DNA of 63,911 nucleotides, counting the filler, from Bacteroidales bacterium (lineage in GTDB: Bacteria; Bacteroidota; Bacteroidia; Bacteroidales; CAIWKO01): the NCBI GenBank assembly GCA_035389045.1. It is 3 parts of 3 records of this genome, joined end to end, with 100 filler letters (N's around TTAATTAATTAA, not from the genome) between each part and the next. Parts side by side here need not be neighbours in the genome. Positions count along the whole stretch, not along the records: positions 26,901 to 58,891 come from DAOORA010000055.1; 2 more parts are not named here. One strand, 5' to 3'. Below are positions 46,917 to 56,826 of this stretch, piece by piece (the stretch's first letter is position 1; the number at the start of each line of letters is the position of its first letter). The notes beneath the pieces are model-generated. The model was not told the DNA's origin. It saw nothing but the letters and a program-made list of their open reading frames with translations, and searched no databases. The translations under genes were made by a program, and so were the position numbers.

Positions 46917-48161
46917 ATGATGTTCTTTTTTTATAATCTGGCTGTTTATGTCTATTCCGGGCTAATAACAATAGCATCCCCGTTCAGCGAAAAAGCCCGG
47001 AAATGGGTAAAAGGACGTAAAAACTGGAAGGGAACACTCTCTGCTGCACTCACAAAGGAGCGGCGCTATGTTTGGTTTCACGCCTCATCCCTGGGCGAGT
47101 TTGAACAGGGAAGGCCTGTCATCGAAGCGTTCAGGAAGAAATACCCGGAGTACGGCATCGTGCTCACATTTTTTTCACCGTCGGGATATGAGGTGCGTAA
47201 AAACTATCCGGGAGCCGATCATATATGCTATTTGCCTGCCGACACATATGCTAACGCAAAAAAATTTATTGACCTCGTGAATCCTGCCATGGTTTTTTTT
47301 ATCAAATATGAGTTTTGGTTTAATTATATACACCGCCTTTACAAAAAAAACATTCCGCTTTATTTCTTCTCCGTGAAATTTCGCCCGGGACAGCATTTTT
47401 TTAAATGGTACGGCGGATGGTTTCGAAAAATGCTCAAAGAGATCCAATGGATATTTGTTCAGGATGCTTCCTCGGAACAACTTCTAAAAAACATTAATAC
47501 CGGAAATAGTTCCGTTTCGGGCGATACGCGCTTCGACAGGGTGCTGGGCGTTACACGGCAAAAACGTTCGTTTCCGATTATCGAACAATTTGCAGAAAAT
47601 TCCCGGATTATGGTGGCCGGCAGTACCTGGCCCCCTGATGAAGAATTAATGGTGGGTTTAATTAATACGTTTTCAGACCGGTTAAAATTTATTATCGCCC
47701 CTCATGAAATTCATCAGGAACGTATTGATACCTTACAACAAAAAATTAAAATCCGGACTGTTCGGCTTTCCGAAGCGGAGAATCATGATCTGAAGGCTGC
47801 ACAGGTGCTCATTATTGACAGCATCGGCATTTTACTGCACCTGTATCAATATGCGCAATTCGCATATATTGGAGGCGGCTTTGGTAAAAATATCCACAAC
47901 ATACTAGAATCGGCGACTTTTGGTGTTCCTGTGATCTTTGGGCCTAATTATCATAAGTTTCAGGAGGCAACAGATCTGATTGGGCTCGGCGGCGCATTTC
48001 CCGTCCATAATTATAAGGAATTAGAAAAAATAGTTCATAAACTTAGCGGGGACAAAAACTTTCATGATAAATGTTCCGGGATTTGCAGCCAATTTGTTTT
48101 GCAAAGAGCCGGCGCTACAGATATGATCATGAAAAAGATTGAAAGCCTGATAAAAAAATGA
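46917..48161 (+). CDS. waaA: 3-deoxy-D-manno-octulosonic acid (Kdo) transferase
   Basis: WFHASSLGEFEQG, TFFSPSGYE, GDTRFD, AGSTW, IIAPHE, HNILE. Confidence 0.92.
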   Translation: MMFFFYNLAVYVYSGLITIASPFSEKARKWVKGRKNWKGTLSAALTKERRYVWFHASSLGEFEQGRPVIEAFRKKYPEYGIVLTFFSPSGYEVRKNYPGADHICYLPADTYANAKKFIDLVNPAMVFFIKYEFWFNYIHRLYKKNIPLYFFSVKFRPGQHFFKWYGGWFRKMLKEIQWIFVQDASSEQLLKNINTGNSSVSGDTRFDRVLGVTRQKRSFPIIEQFAENSRIMVAGSTWPPDEELMVGLINTFSDRLKFIIAPHEIHQERIDTLQQKIKIRTVRLSEAENHDLKAAQVLIIDSIGILLHLYQYAQFAYIGGGFGKNIHNILESATFGVPVIFGPNYHKFQEATDLIGLGGAFPVHNYKELEKIVHKLSGDKNFHDKCSGICSQFVLQRAGATDMIMKKIESLIKK

Positions 48162-48163
48162 AC

Positions 48164-49552
48164 CTATTTTCCGAAGGCTTTTTGTAACCCCTCTGTCATC
48201 TGTTTCGGGGAATAGGGATGTGAGATGATATTTTTTTCGGCATCGAGCAGAAAAAATGTCGGGGTGCTGTATGCATCAAAGGCAGCAACAACAGGACTGG
48301 TAAATCCCTTGAGGTCAGACACGTTTATCCAGGCTGTCCCTTGTCGTTTTATGGCATTTATCCATGTATTTTTATCCGTGTCGACAGAAACCGCAAAAAC
48401 TTCAAGACCCAGGGGATGATACCCGGCATAAATCTGTTGAATCTGAGGTAAAACATCTTCACAATGCTCACATTCTGACGACCAGAACAATAGCAACGTA
48501 ACTCTGGCTTTAACTGAATACAAACTTACAGGCTTCCCGGCGACATCGTTCAGCAATATTTCGGGGGCTTTATTGCCCGGTCTCAGTTTTTTCAATGCGG
48601 CAGACCGCTCCGACAGATTCTTATCATAGCCATCAGACGCACATGTGTTTTTTTCCAGATGTTCATCAACGAGATGAATAAAAGTCCCCTCCCACTCCGT
48701 ATCTTCAAAGGTATTGATAAACAAATTCAGAATGTAATTATAGACCGGAGGGCAGGCCTGTGCTTTACCAAGTATAAAATCCACAGCGGCTATATAATTT
48801 GAATCACTTTCGGGCTCGCAGAATCTTGACAGATAATCGTTACAAAGCACATAAAACACCTCTGAATTCAATAAGGTCGAATCTGAAAAATCGACATTGT
48901 CAAAAAAATGTTCTTTTAAAAATTCATGTTTACTCTTGTAGATTTTTGCGCCGGGTAGTTTTTTATAAGCATACCAGTTGGGCGTTACAAAGGCTTTCAG
49001 CAGTTTGCCAACATAAAGCCCATGGCTTTTTGAGACAAGTTGAAGGGTATATTTATCCAATTTATCTGAAAGTTGATAAACTTTTAGCGCCAGACTGTCC
49101 AGTGCGGGATTCATTTTATGGTTGCTGGCTTCGTATAATGCGTTCCCCAGGGTGGAGATTTGATCAATGGAATCATGAATCTCAGCAGACATCTGCCAGT
49201 ATTCATAATAAATTTTGTTTTCTTCCGAGTGTACAACACTAATACTGCCGGCCAGATTATTTATATCGTTCGTGATGACAATTTGCTCATTATTACAAAT
49301 AATATCGGTAAATAAGCTGTCTCTGAAAGAAATACGGTAAACTCCGGCAGGTAATCCTGTTTTGTTTTTAAATTCTATATGTCCGTTCACCGAAAAACAC
49401 GAATCTACAGGATCGTGGCGGCTGCCATGCACAGCCGAAAGATATACCCTGGTATTTTCCAGCCCCCTGATGGTATAAGAAATGCTGTTCTGGCCATAAG
49501 TAATACCATCGCTTGCCAAAACGAACAAAATTACGATGAGAAACTTTTTCAA
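48164..49552 (-). CDS. TlpA/AhpC-TSA family disulfide reductase (periplasmic)
   Basis: TTG start, signal peptide; C-terminal thioredoxin fold FWSSECEHC, VSVD, TPTFFLLD. Confidence 0.88.
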   Translation of the reverse strand: MKKFLIVILFVLASDGITYGQNSISYTIRGLENTRVYLSAVHGSRHDPVDSCFSVNGHIEFKNKTGLPAGVYRISFRDSLFTDIICNNEQIVITNDINNLAGSISVVHSEENKIYYEYWQMSAEIHDSIDQISTLGNALYEASNHKMNPALDSLALKVYQLSDKLDKYTLQLVSKSHGLYVGKLLKAFVTPNWYAYKKLPGAKIYKSKHEFLKEHFFDNVDFSDSTLLNSEVFYVLCNDYLSRFCEPESDSNYIAAVDFILGKAQACPPVYNYILNLFINTFEDTEWEGTFIHLVDEHLEKNTCASDGYDKNLSERSAALKKLRPGNKAPEILLNDVAGKPVSLYSVKARVTLLLFWSSECEHCEDVLPQIQQIYAGYHPLGLEVFAVSVDTDKNTWINAIKRQGTAWINVSDLKGFTSPVVAAFDAYSTPTFFLLDAEKNIISHPYSPKQMTEGLQKAFGK

Positions 49553-49759
49553 GGTTTTTTTTGCAAAAATATAAAAAGAGCCGGTATGGATCTGCCAGGC
49601 AGCTGTTTCTTTTTATCTTTCTTTGTGCGTTTTTTTTGCTAAAACCTAAGCACCTGATGTTAAGTTACGTTTTTAATTTTCAGCAGAACTAATCAATAAA
49701 GAAAAAAACGAATATTCCCAGGCAAATTGGCGGGTATGTCTGTAAAAACAATAATAATT

Positions 49760-51325
49760 ATGAAGAGATCAGTTAACTTGCTGTTTTTCTTGTCATTGTT
49801 CGTTAATATACATAGTTCATTTGGCCAGGCAGGAAATTTAGATCCAACATTTGGAGACGGAGGAAAGGTCATCACCGATATAGGCAATAAAGATAATTAT
49901 GCCCAATCTTCCTTATTAACTGCGGACGGAAGCATACTCACAGGCGGTTTTTCAGTGCAGAACAATTTGTATAATGGTTTTCTGGTCAAATATAAAAACA
50001 CAGGAAGTATTGACAGCACGTTCGGTAATAACGGGATCGTAACCTGCAATACCGGCACGGAATCAAATTCGTTTTATGCCATAGCCATACAGTCTGACGG
50101 AAAAGTGGTGGCGGCAGGTAAAATTTCAAATGATATAATGCTGCTCAGATATCACGCAAACGGAACGCCGGACAGTAGTTTTGGCAATAATGGACTGGTC
50201 AGGACACATATAATGCCTGACCAGAATGTAGCAGCGATGGAAATATTGTCAGACGGCAAAATGCTGGTTTCTGCCCGGATATATAACGGCGCTAATCAGG
50301 ATTTCGGCCTCCTGAGGTATAATGCTGACGGTACCTTAGATAATTCATTCGGAAATAACGGGGTGGTGATTTCTGATCTGACCAGTGCGTGGGAATTGAC
50401 CTCCGCCATGAAAGTTCAGGCAGACGGGAAAATTGTTATTGCCGGAAGAGTGTATTCAGCATCATACAGCCAGAGCAAATGCATCATTGCCCGATATCAT
50501 GCCAACGGATCCGCAGATTACAGCTTTGGCACAAACGGGATAACGATAACCGATGCAGGACAGGATGGCTTTGGCGCTTTTACCAATCTTGCATTTCAAA
50601 ACGACGGAAAAATAATCGCTGTGGGTTATACCATAGAAGATGCCGGCGGCAGCATTTATGACAATAAAAGCCTTACGGTACGTTACACTGCTGATGGACT
50701 TCCGGACCCTGCTTTCGGCACCGGAGGCATTGTTCTGACCGAGACCATGACCGGTTCAGACATTGCGTGGTCAGTATGCATTCAGACCGACGGGAAAATT
50801 CTGGTCGGAGGCTATGCCAGCGTGGGCTATCCCGACTGGCAATCTTATTTTTCATTGATCCGGTATGATGGGCAGGGCTTGCTGGATCCAACATTCTTCA
50901 TGGTGGGGATTGTTCATACCTATTTCTCGGACAATGAAACAAATGCTGCTTACAGCCTTCTGCTGCAAAACGACGGAAAATTAGTACTGGCAGGGATTAC
51001 CGGTCAGGACTCGGTAGATTCCAAAGATATTGCTTTGGCGCGTTTTGTCAATGATGATGATTATTCTGTTCAAAACAATTTTTCAACAGCATCATGGTCC
51101 ATATATCCGAATCCCTCCGGCGGTTTGTTCACCATTGAGAATTATTCGGTAGCTACCGCCTGCTATACAATAAAAATCTATAACACTCTTGGTATTCAGG
51201 TAGCGGGTATGGATTTACAATCTGAAAAAACATTAATTGATCTGCATGATCTGCCAAAAGGAATTTATTTCATAAAAACCGACCTGCGAAATCAGGGCAT
51301 GACGAAGAAAATTGTTATTGAATAA
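49760..51325 (+). CDS. T9SS-secreted delta-60 repeat (beta-propeller) protein
   Basis: Repeated QxDGKIxxxG..RYxxxGxxDxxFGxxG units; C-terminal IYPNPS..LPKGIYFIK..KKIVIE. Confidence 0.88.
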   Translation: MKRSVNLLFFLSLFVNIHSSFGQAGNLDPTFGDGGKVITDIGNKDNYAQSSLLTADGSILTGGFSVQNNLYNGFLVKYKNTGSIDSTFGNNGIVTCNTGTESNSFYAIAIQSDGKVVAAGKISNDIMLLRYHANGTPDSSFGNNGLVRTHIMPDQNVAAMEILSDGKMLVSARIYNGANQDFGLLRYNADGTLDNSFGNNGVVISDLTSAWELTSAMKVQADGKIVIAGRVYSASYSQSKCIIARYHANGSADYSFGTNGITITDAGQDGFGAFTNLAFQNDGKIIAVGYTIEDAGGSIYDNKSLTVRYTADGLPDPAFGTGGIVLTETMTGSDIAWSVCIQTDGKILVGGYASVGYPDWQSYFSLIRYDGQGLLDPTFFMVGIVHTYFSDNETNAAYSLLLQNDGKLVLAGITGQDSVDSKDIALARFVNDDDYSVQNNFSTASWSIYPNPSGGLFTIENYSVATACYTIKIYNTLGIQVAGMDLQSEKTLIDLHDLPKGIYFIKTDLRNQGMTKKIVIE

Positions 51326-51448
51326 AGGGCATCTCTAATGATTTTGATCGGGCGCTTCTGAAAACTTCAAATTTCCTCGTTCGCATGACAGGTGTTTTTC
51401 GTCAAAAATGAATACTTTTACCTTTAACATATCTATCGACGAAACACA

Positions 51449-53506
51449 ATGAAACATCTGATTACAGCAGGCATGTTGTGGTTATTTTTCACTATAGGAG
51501 CCATTTCGCAGAATACCGGAATGAATGGCAGGTGGAAAATGATCGGTAATAAAAGTTCATTCCTGGATTATTACAAGGAAATGACGCTTGAAATTACAGT
51601 TACCAAAAAGGAAACAGCCATCATGACCAAACTCGGCCCCAAACGGAAATATGAGGAAAAGCTTGTCTTTACCACCGACGGAATGCTCAACGAGGTTGAG
51701 ATCAGGGATGGCACTTTTTCCACTAATATTCACATGGGTATACGACTGCCTGTCGGCTCAAAAAAACAGCTTACTGCTGGCTGGGAAAAAGATTCTTCCC
51801 TGAAAGTGGTTGAAAAATATCAATATTATGCTTCCCAGGGTAAACAGCAGGGCGAGATGACCTATACCTATAAGTTGTCGCCCGCAAAAGACCTGCTGAC
51901 ATGCACGATTACCCGGCCTACCCGTCTGAAGGAACCCTATATGAAATTTGTTTTTAAACGTTTTGAGGAAAACAATGCCTATGTTTTCAACATGAGTGAC
52001 AACTGGGACATAAACGCCCGGCTGCCAGAACAGGCCTGCTGGATATCCGTTCAGGGTGTGGTAAATCAGCATAAACCGCAGTTGTATTTAAGTTTTCAGA
52101 AGGGATATCCTTTTAACTATACGCAGGAACTTGCTGCCTACCTTGATACAGTACGTAATTTTTCATTTACCAGGCTCAGCGGCCTGGAGCAGGCGCTGGC
52201 TGTATTTAAAGGGCAAATCGGCGGATATGTGATCTGGGATAAAAAAGTCCGCACTTCATTAATTGTTGCTTACACGCTTGCGGGGCTGGAGAATGGCATT
52301 GTTGTCAGCGAAGAAATGCTGCCTGTGGTGAAACAGGCCGGATTGAAAGAGATCGGGGATTTCAGGGGAACGTTTGTTGGAAAAACCGATTATGAGATAT
52401 ATTCCTGGGCAAAAGATCAATACTGGAGCCGGTGCTCACGGGATGTTATTGTGTGGCTTGGCGGTGTGGGCGGCAACGAACTCATGCCGGCCTGTGCAGA
52501 TTACGGGATGATGAAAAAAGGTTTCTTTTCCGACCTTTCGGCACGTCCCACCGACGCCCTCGAATATAACCTGACGTGCTCGCTTTTTGCGGACATGAAT
52601 CCCCTGGGCCAGGTTTGGGGCTGGCATTCGTACAAAAAAGACCTGGAAGAACAGATGACAACGCTTTTATCCTCTTATGCCCTAACTTCTGATGGACTCA
52701 ACTCACAACCCAACACCAGCTTTTTGGTTCATATTCCTGTATCTCCCGGTTTCACATTTAAAAACAATCACAATATTATCCCGGGTAAGGAATATGTCCC
52801 TGAAAAGAAGATTTATATCACATTCGTGCAGTCCGACGGGATAGGTATCGGCGCCTGGTTTGAGCCAGGGAGGGGATCGATACCTTATGCCTGGGAGGTT
52901 ACCATGAAAATGTATGACCTTTCGCCGGTTTTGCTTGAATATTATTATAAACAGGCGACGCCGAATGATTTTTTTATTGGTGCGCTCTCCGGTTCATCAT
53001 ACATGTATCCCAGGGTGTTTCCCGAAAAGTGGCTGCCTGCGGAACTGAACAGGGCGGCTGCGCTGATGAAAAACCTTGACCTCAATGTTTTTGAGATCAT
53101 GGATTATTCGGAAGGCGGGACAGAAACCTGCGACAACAATCTTCCCAAAGACCTGGTGGATGAGTACTACCGTTCGATGCCGGATGTCATTGGGTTTATC
53201 AACGGATACCGGGCATCAAACACGTTTACGGTACGTGGAAAACGTCCGTTTATTTCCTTCGATTATTACCTTGCTGCTGAAAAACCCGAAGCGGAGGTTG
53301 TGGCCGACCTGGAAGAGCTGGCGGTCATTAACTCCAAACGGCCTTATTTTCTTCTGGTTCACGTGCGTGAATCCAGTGACATTGCGAGGGTAAAATCGAT
53401 ATGTGACAAACTGAGCGGGGATATTGAAGTTGTCCCTCTTGATATATTTCTCAGGATGGCGGGCGAAAATCCGACTTTTGAGGAATACTATTATCTTGAA
53501 AAATGA
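51449..53506 (+). CDS. GxGYxYP-family putative glycoside hydrolase with extra N-terminal domain
   Basis: Signal peptide; SVQGVVNQHKPQLY, GYVIWD, TLAGL, GQVWGW, YITFVQSDG, RGSIP..W, FIGALSGSSYMYP. Confidence 0.75.
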   Translation: MKHLITAGMLWLFFTIGAISQNTGMNGRWKMIGNKSSFLDYYKEMTLEITVTKKETAIMTKLGPKRKYEEKLVFTTDGMLNEVEIRDGTFSTNIHMGIRLPVGSKKQLTAGWEKDSSLKVVEKYQYYASQGKQQGEMTYTYKLSPAKDLLTCTITRPTRLKEPYMKFVFKRFEENNAYVFNMSDNWDINARLPEQACWISVQGVVNQHKPQLYLSFQKGYPFNYTQELAAYLDTVRNFSFTRLSGLEQALAVFKGQIGGYVIWDKKVRTSLIVAYTLAGLENGIVVSEEMLPVVKQAGLKEIGDFRGTFVGKTDYEIYSWAKDQYWSRCSRDVIVWLGGVGGNELMPACADYGMMKKGFFSDLSARPTDALEYNLTCSLFADMNPLGQVWGWHSYKKDLEEQMTTLLSSYALTSDGLNSQPNTSFLVHIPVSPGFTFKNNHNIIPGKEYVPEKKIYITFVQSDGIGIGAWFEPGRGSIPYAWEVTMKMYDLSPVLLEYYYKQATPNDFFIGALSGSSYMYPRVFPEKWLPAELNRAAALMKNLDLNVFEIMDYSEGGTETCDNNLPKDLVDEYYRSMPDVIGFINGYRASNTFTVRGKRPFISFDYYLAAEKPEAEVVADLEELAVINSKRPYFLLVHVRESSDIARVKSICDKLSGDIEVVPLDIFLRMAGENPTFEEYYYLEK

Positions 53507-53801
53507 TTTCAATGGATTATTTTTTATCGAATAGTAATTATATTATGGGTTAATATAAATTATTTGGTAAAAAACAAAATTTTTTCATACCTATTTTATA
53601 AAATTTTTAATTCTTGACAAGATAATTGTGCTTTATATAACAGAAAAAATTAATTTTACGATATTGAATATGCTTAGAAATTATTTAAAATACTTGTATT
53701 TGAGTATAATACGCTTGTGGCATATAAATTGATTTGAAATTTTTTATTGGCGAAAGCAGAAAAGCCTGAAACAGAGTATGCATAATTAAAAATTAAAAGT
53801 T

Positions 53802-54785
53802 ATGAAAAAGTTATTGATTTTATTGGTGCTTATCGGGCCAGTTCTTATTACAGAGTTGCCGGCTCAAAATCGTTTTAATACCAGCAGGAGAAACATTAAA
53901 AATGTTAATAATGAATTAATTGAGTACCAAAAAGATGGCTTAATAAACTGGACTCAGGGATACCTTGAGGGTGTTGGCAAAGAAAGTGTTACTACCCCGG
54001 ATTATGAAAATATTGCTACTTTATATGCGTATGCAAATTTAGGTGCATTATACGAAAATATATACATTTACGACACGCTCACTCTTACAAAAATGGCTGA
54101 GAAAAACGAAGTTTTCAGAAAAATTATTAAGGCTATGAATGCTGAAATTCGCGGAGCATCAACAAGTCCGGTAGAAATCAAAAATGACACTTGTTATGTT
54201 CGCACCTCTATCGATTTTGAGACATTGCTTATTTTTAAATACAATGATGCTACGCTTCTTCAATGGATTAATAAATTTTACCAGCCAGCAAAAAAGGAAG
54301 AAAATCAAAATGTAGTTGTTAACAATATTAAAGTCCCAGTGCACACAAATGCAGAGCTAAAAATTGTTCAGGACAGTTTAGAAATGATCTCCTCAAAACG
54401 TGAAATTAATTCAGATACTATCACTATTTATAATGATAAAAAAATAGGTGTAATTGCCAACAATAATAGCAACCCCACCATGCTTGCAGGTGTGCAAAAT
54501 ATCTATATCAGACTAAATGGAAAATTATACAATCCCACACCTAATTTTGATTATGGCGAGTTAGTGCCGGTAAAATGGCAGCCATTAGTGAATCTTTCTG
54601 TAAACACCCTGCTTGAAATTACAAGTACAAGTGAAAAAGCACCACGATGGTTAAAAGCCATTCAGATGGAAGATGGTTCTATAGTTTATGACATTGATAA
54701 AATAATTGAAAAAAAAGAAAAGTGGCAAAAGGTTGGAGATTTTGTATTGCAATTAATTGATGTTATAATTGGTATCGTGAAATAA
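53802..54785 (+). CDS. hypothetical exported protein (LPP20-like N-terminal region)
   Basis: Signal peptide; GLINWTQGYLEGVG..AYANL..IRGA pattern recalls LPP20-type domains; AT-rich. Confidence 0.6.
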   Translation: MKKLLILLVLIGPVLITELPAQNRFNTSRRNIKNVNNELIEYQKDGLINWTQGYLEGVGKESVTTPDYENIATLYAYANLGALYENIYIYDTLTLTKMAEKNEVFRKIIKAMNAEIRGASTSPVEIKNDTCYVRTSIDFETLLIFKYNDATLLQWINKFYQPAKKEENQNVVVNNIKVPVHTNAELKIVQDSLEMISSKREINSDTITIYNDKKIGVIANNNSNPTMLAGVQNIYIRLNGKLYNPTPNFDYGELVPVKWQPLVNLSVNTLLEITSTSEKAPRWLKAIQMEDGSIVYDIDKIIEKKEKWQKVGDFVLQLIDVIIGIVK

Positions 54786-54808
54786 ATTATCGTTACAAGA
54801 AATAAGTT

Positions 54809-56818
54809 ATGAAAAAACTAGTTTTAGTTGCTTTTATTTTGTCTGTATTTTTAAATACGAATGCCCAGGTAAAGGCGCCGCTTGACCTTCCCTACTGCTA
54901 TGGTTTTGTAAGACCAAATGATACAAAACAGGATTATGAAAAAATAGTTGGAGATAATTATGGATATTGCGATTCACTGCAAATATCCAATCTTATTGCA
55001 GCTATCAAAAGTAAAAATCAAGCGGTTGACAAAGAATATCAAGATAAGTACAATCAATTCAGTAGTATAAATGACACTCTGATAGCCTTACAGCAAGCTA
55101 ATGACATTGATAGACTGAATAAGCTGATACAGTTTTATACAGAACAACAAAAGTTGGTACTTGAACAATCAATGAAAAATGTGGCAGATATTTATTACAA
55201 TTCTGCTCATATTGTAATTATTTCTTCACCCTTTTCAAAAAAATATAGTGGGGCTAAATTAGACTCTATGGGGTTGTTCAGAGCATTTGAGGATGGAATT
55301 CGTAAATATTGCAATACAACCATTGAAGATACTATTGTTTACACCGAAACAGGAGGTGTTGCCCGGAACAAATCCGTTTACCGTAGTTTAAATATGGTAA
55401 TAAACGGCAGCGGTGAATCTGCACCTGAAGCATTAGCGGTTAATCAGCCTCAGCGGAACTGTAATTTTTGGTTTAAAGTTTACAATGTGCAGGTTTACCC
55501 ATTTAAAGAAAAAATTTCAGCCAGTTCGTCTCAGGAAAAATCAATGATAAACACTAATATGGCTGTCGGCGATTCTATAATCTCTTTTGACGTGCTCTCT
55601 GGCGATTTACAAAAGGTTAAGGATTTTCTTGTTAAGCAAGAAAAAAAATATTATATATCGCCAGACGACATACAGCGCGTTTTAAGTTTTTGTGAGGATC
55701 TTATAAAAGCAATACCTGAAAAAAATAAAGAAACCGTTAGTATTGAAAAACAGAGACTGAATAAAATTATTGCAGATAAAAACAATTATGATAAGAAAAT
55801 TTCGGACCTGAAAGACACTGTAAAAGAACATAAAAGAAAGATCAAGCGAATAATAATGAACCAGACTGAAAATAAATGTAGTTACAATGAAAACAATTTA
55901 AAACAGACATTAGCATGTGCCGAGAAATACTTTGGTGCCAGGCTTGATCAAATTAAATCCGAGCTTATTAAATTAAAACAAAAAAGATATTGCTGGGAGC
56001 AAGTGAAGTTTCTGTCTTCAGGTGTGGGTGAAGAATGGTATGATATTTACCAGGCTTTAAAAGAGGGTAATAAAAGTAACAGCTTTGGAGAAATAGAAAA
56101 ACGTCTTGCAACAGAATTTGATTTGTATAAAAAAATAACTGTAAAAAAGAAAGATGGTGCAACGACAAGCGAAGTAACCATGACTAATAAAATCAATTAT
56201 AAAGGAAAGATTTCGCAATATTGGCTATACCCTGAGTGGACACCACAAAATATTCGTATAACTTTTGTAGGAGTTTGTAGTTTTGATGAGGGCGATGAAA
56301 CACCAGACAATCCTGATACAGATATTATTGATGGCCGACATAATTCTGAGATAAAGGGCAATGAAAAATTGGAGCAGACAGTTGCAATCAATAAAGAGCA
56401 ATCCTCTATAGTTGATGATAATCATAGTTTGAGTAAATTTGGAAATATTTTTTTGATACAGGTTAAAGAGGATATCTTTGGAAAAAAAAGTACAAGTTTT
56501 GAGGAAAAACTCAGCAGTGTTTTAATAAATAATGGTTATAAAATAGTTAAAGAGGAAGCTAAAGCAGGTATGAGTATTATTGTTGAAGCAGTGGCTGCTA
56601 AACTAAGTGAACGTACAACCTCCAATAACAACACTGCCTATTCTGTTAGAGTAAAAGCCAGTGTTAAAATAACTGATAAATCGGGGGAAGTACTGTTTAT
56701 ACCTAAAGAAAATGAAAAAACATCCATCAGTACCATAAGTCCTGAGGCTGCTGCTGAAAAAGCTTACAGAGAACTTGCCGAAGAGGTTGCAAATGAAATT
56801 ATCCGGAAATTCGAATAA
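54809..56818 (+). CDS. hypothetical exported coiled-coil protein
   Basis: 669 aa, signal peptide ending TNA-Q, helical Lys/Glu-rich centre, alpha/beta C-terminal domain. Confidence 0.7.
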   Translation: MKKLVLVAFILSVFLNTNAQVKAPLDLPYCYGFVRPNDTKQDYEKIVGDNYGYCDSLQISNLIAAIKSKNQAVDKEYQDKYNQFSSINDTLIALQQANDIDRLNKLIQFYTEQQKLVLEQSMKNVADIYYNSAHIVIISSPFSKKYSGAKLDSMGLFRAFEDGIRKYCNTTIEDTIVYTETGGVARNKSVYRSLNMVINGSGESAPEALAVNQPQRNCNFWFKVYNVQVYPFKEKISASSSQEKSMINTNMAVGDSIISFDVLSGDLQKVKDFLVKQEKKYYISPDDIQRVLSFCEDLIKAIPEKNKETVSIEKQRLNKIIADKNNYDKKISDLKDTVKEHKRKIKRIIMNQTENKCSYNENNLKQTLACAEKYFGARLDQIKSELIKLKQKRYCWEQVKFLSSGVGEEWYDIYQALKEGNKSNSFGEIEKRLATEFDLYKKITVKKKDGATTSEVTMTNKINYKGKISQYWLYPEWTPQNIRITFVGVCSFDEGDETPDNPDTDIIDGRHNSEIKGNEKLEQTVAINKEQSSIVDDNHSLSKFGNIFLIQVKEDIFGKKSTSFEEKLSSVLINNGYKIVKEEAKAGMSIIVEAVAAKLSERTTSNNNTAYSVRVKASVKITDKSGEVLFIPKENEKTSISTISPEAAAEKAYRELAEEVANEIIRKFE

Positions 56819-56826
56819 CAATAAGT

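Noticed and set aside
51326..51364. AGGGCATCTCTAA and GGGCGCTTCTGAAAA resembling IS/MITE terminal repeats
   Set aside because: No matching opposite end, target duplication or transposase in the window; too short to support.
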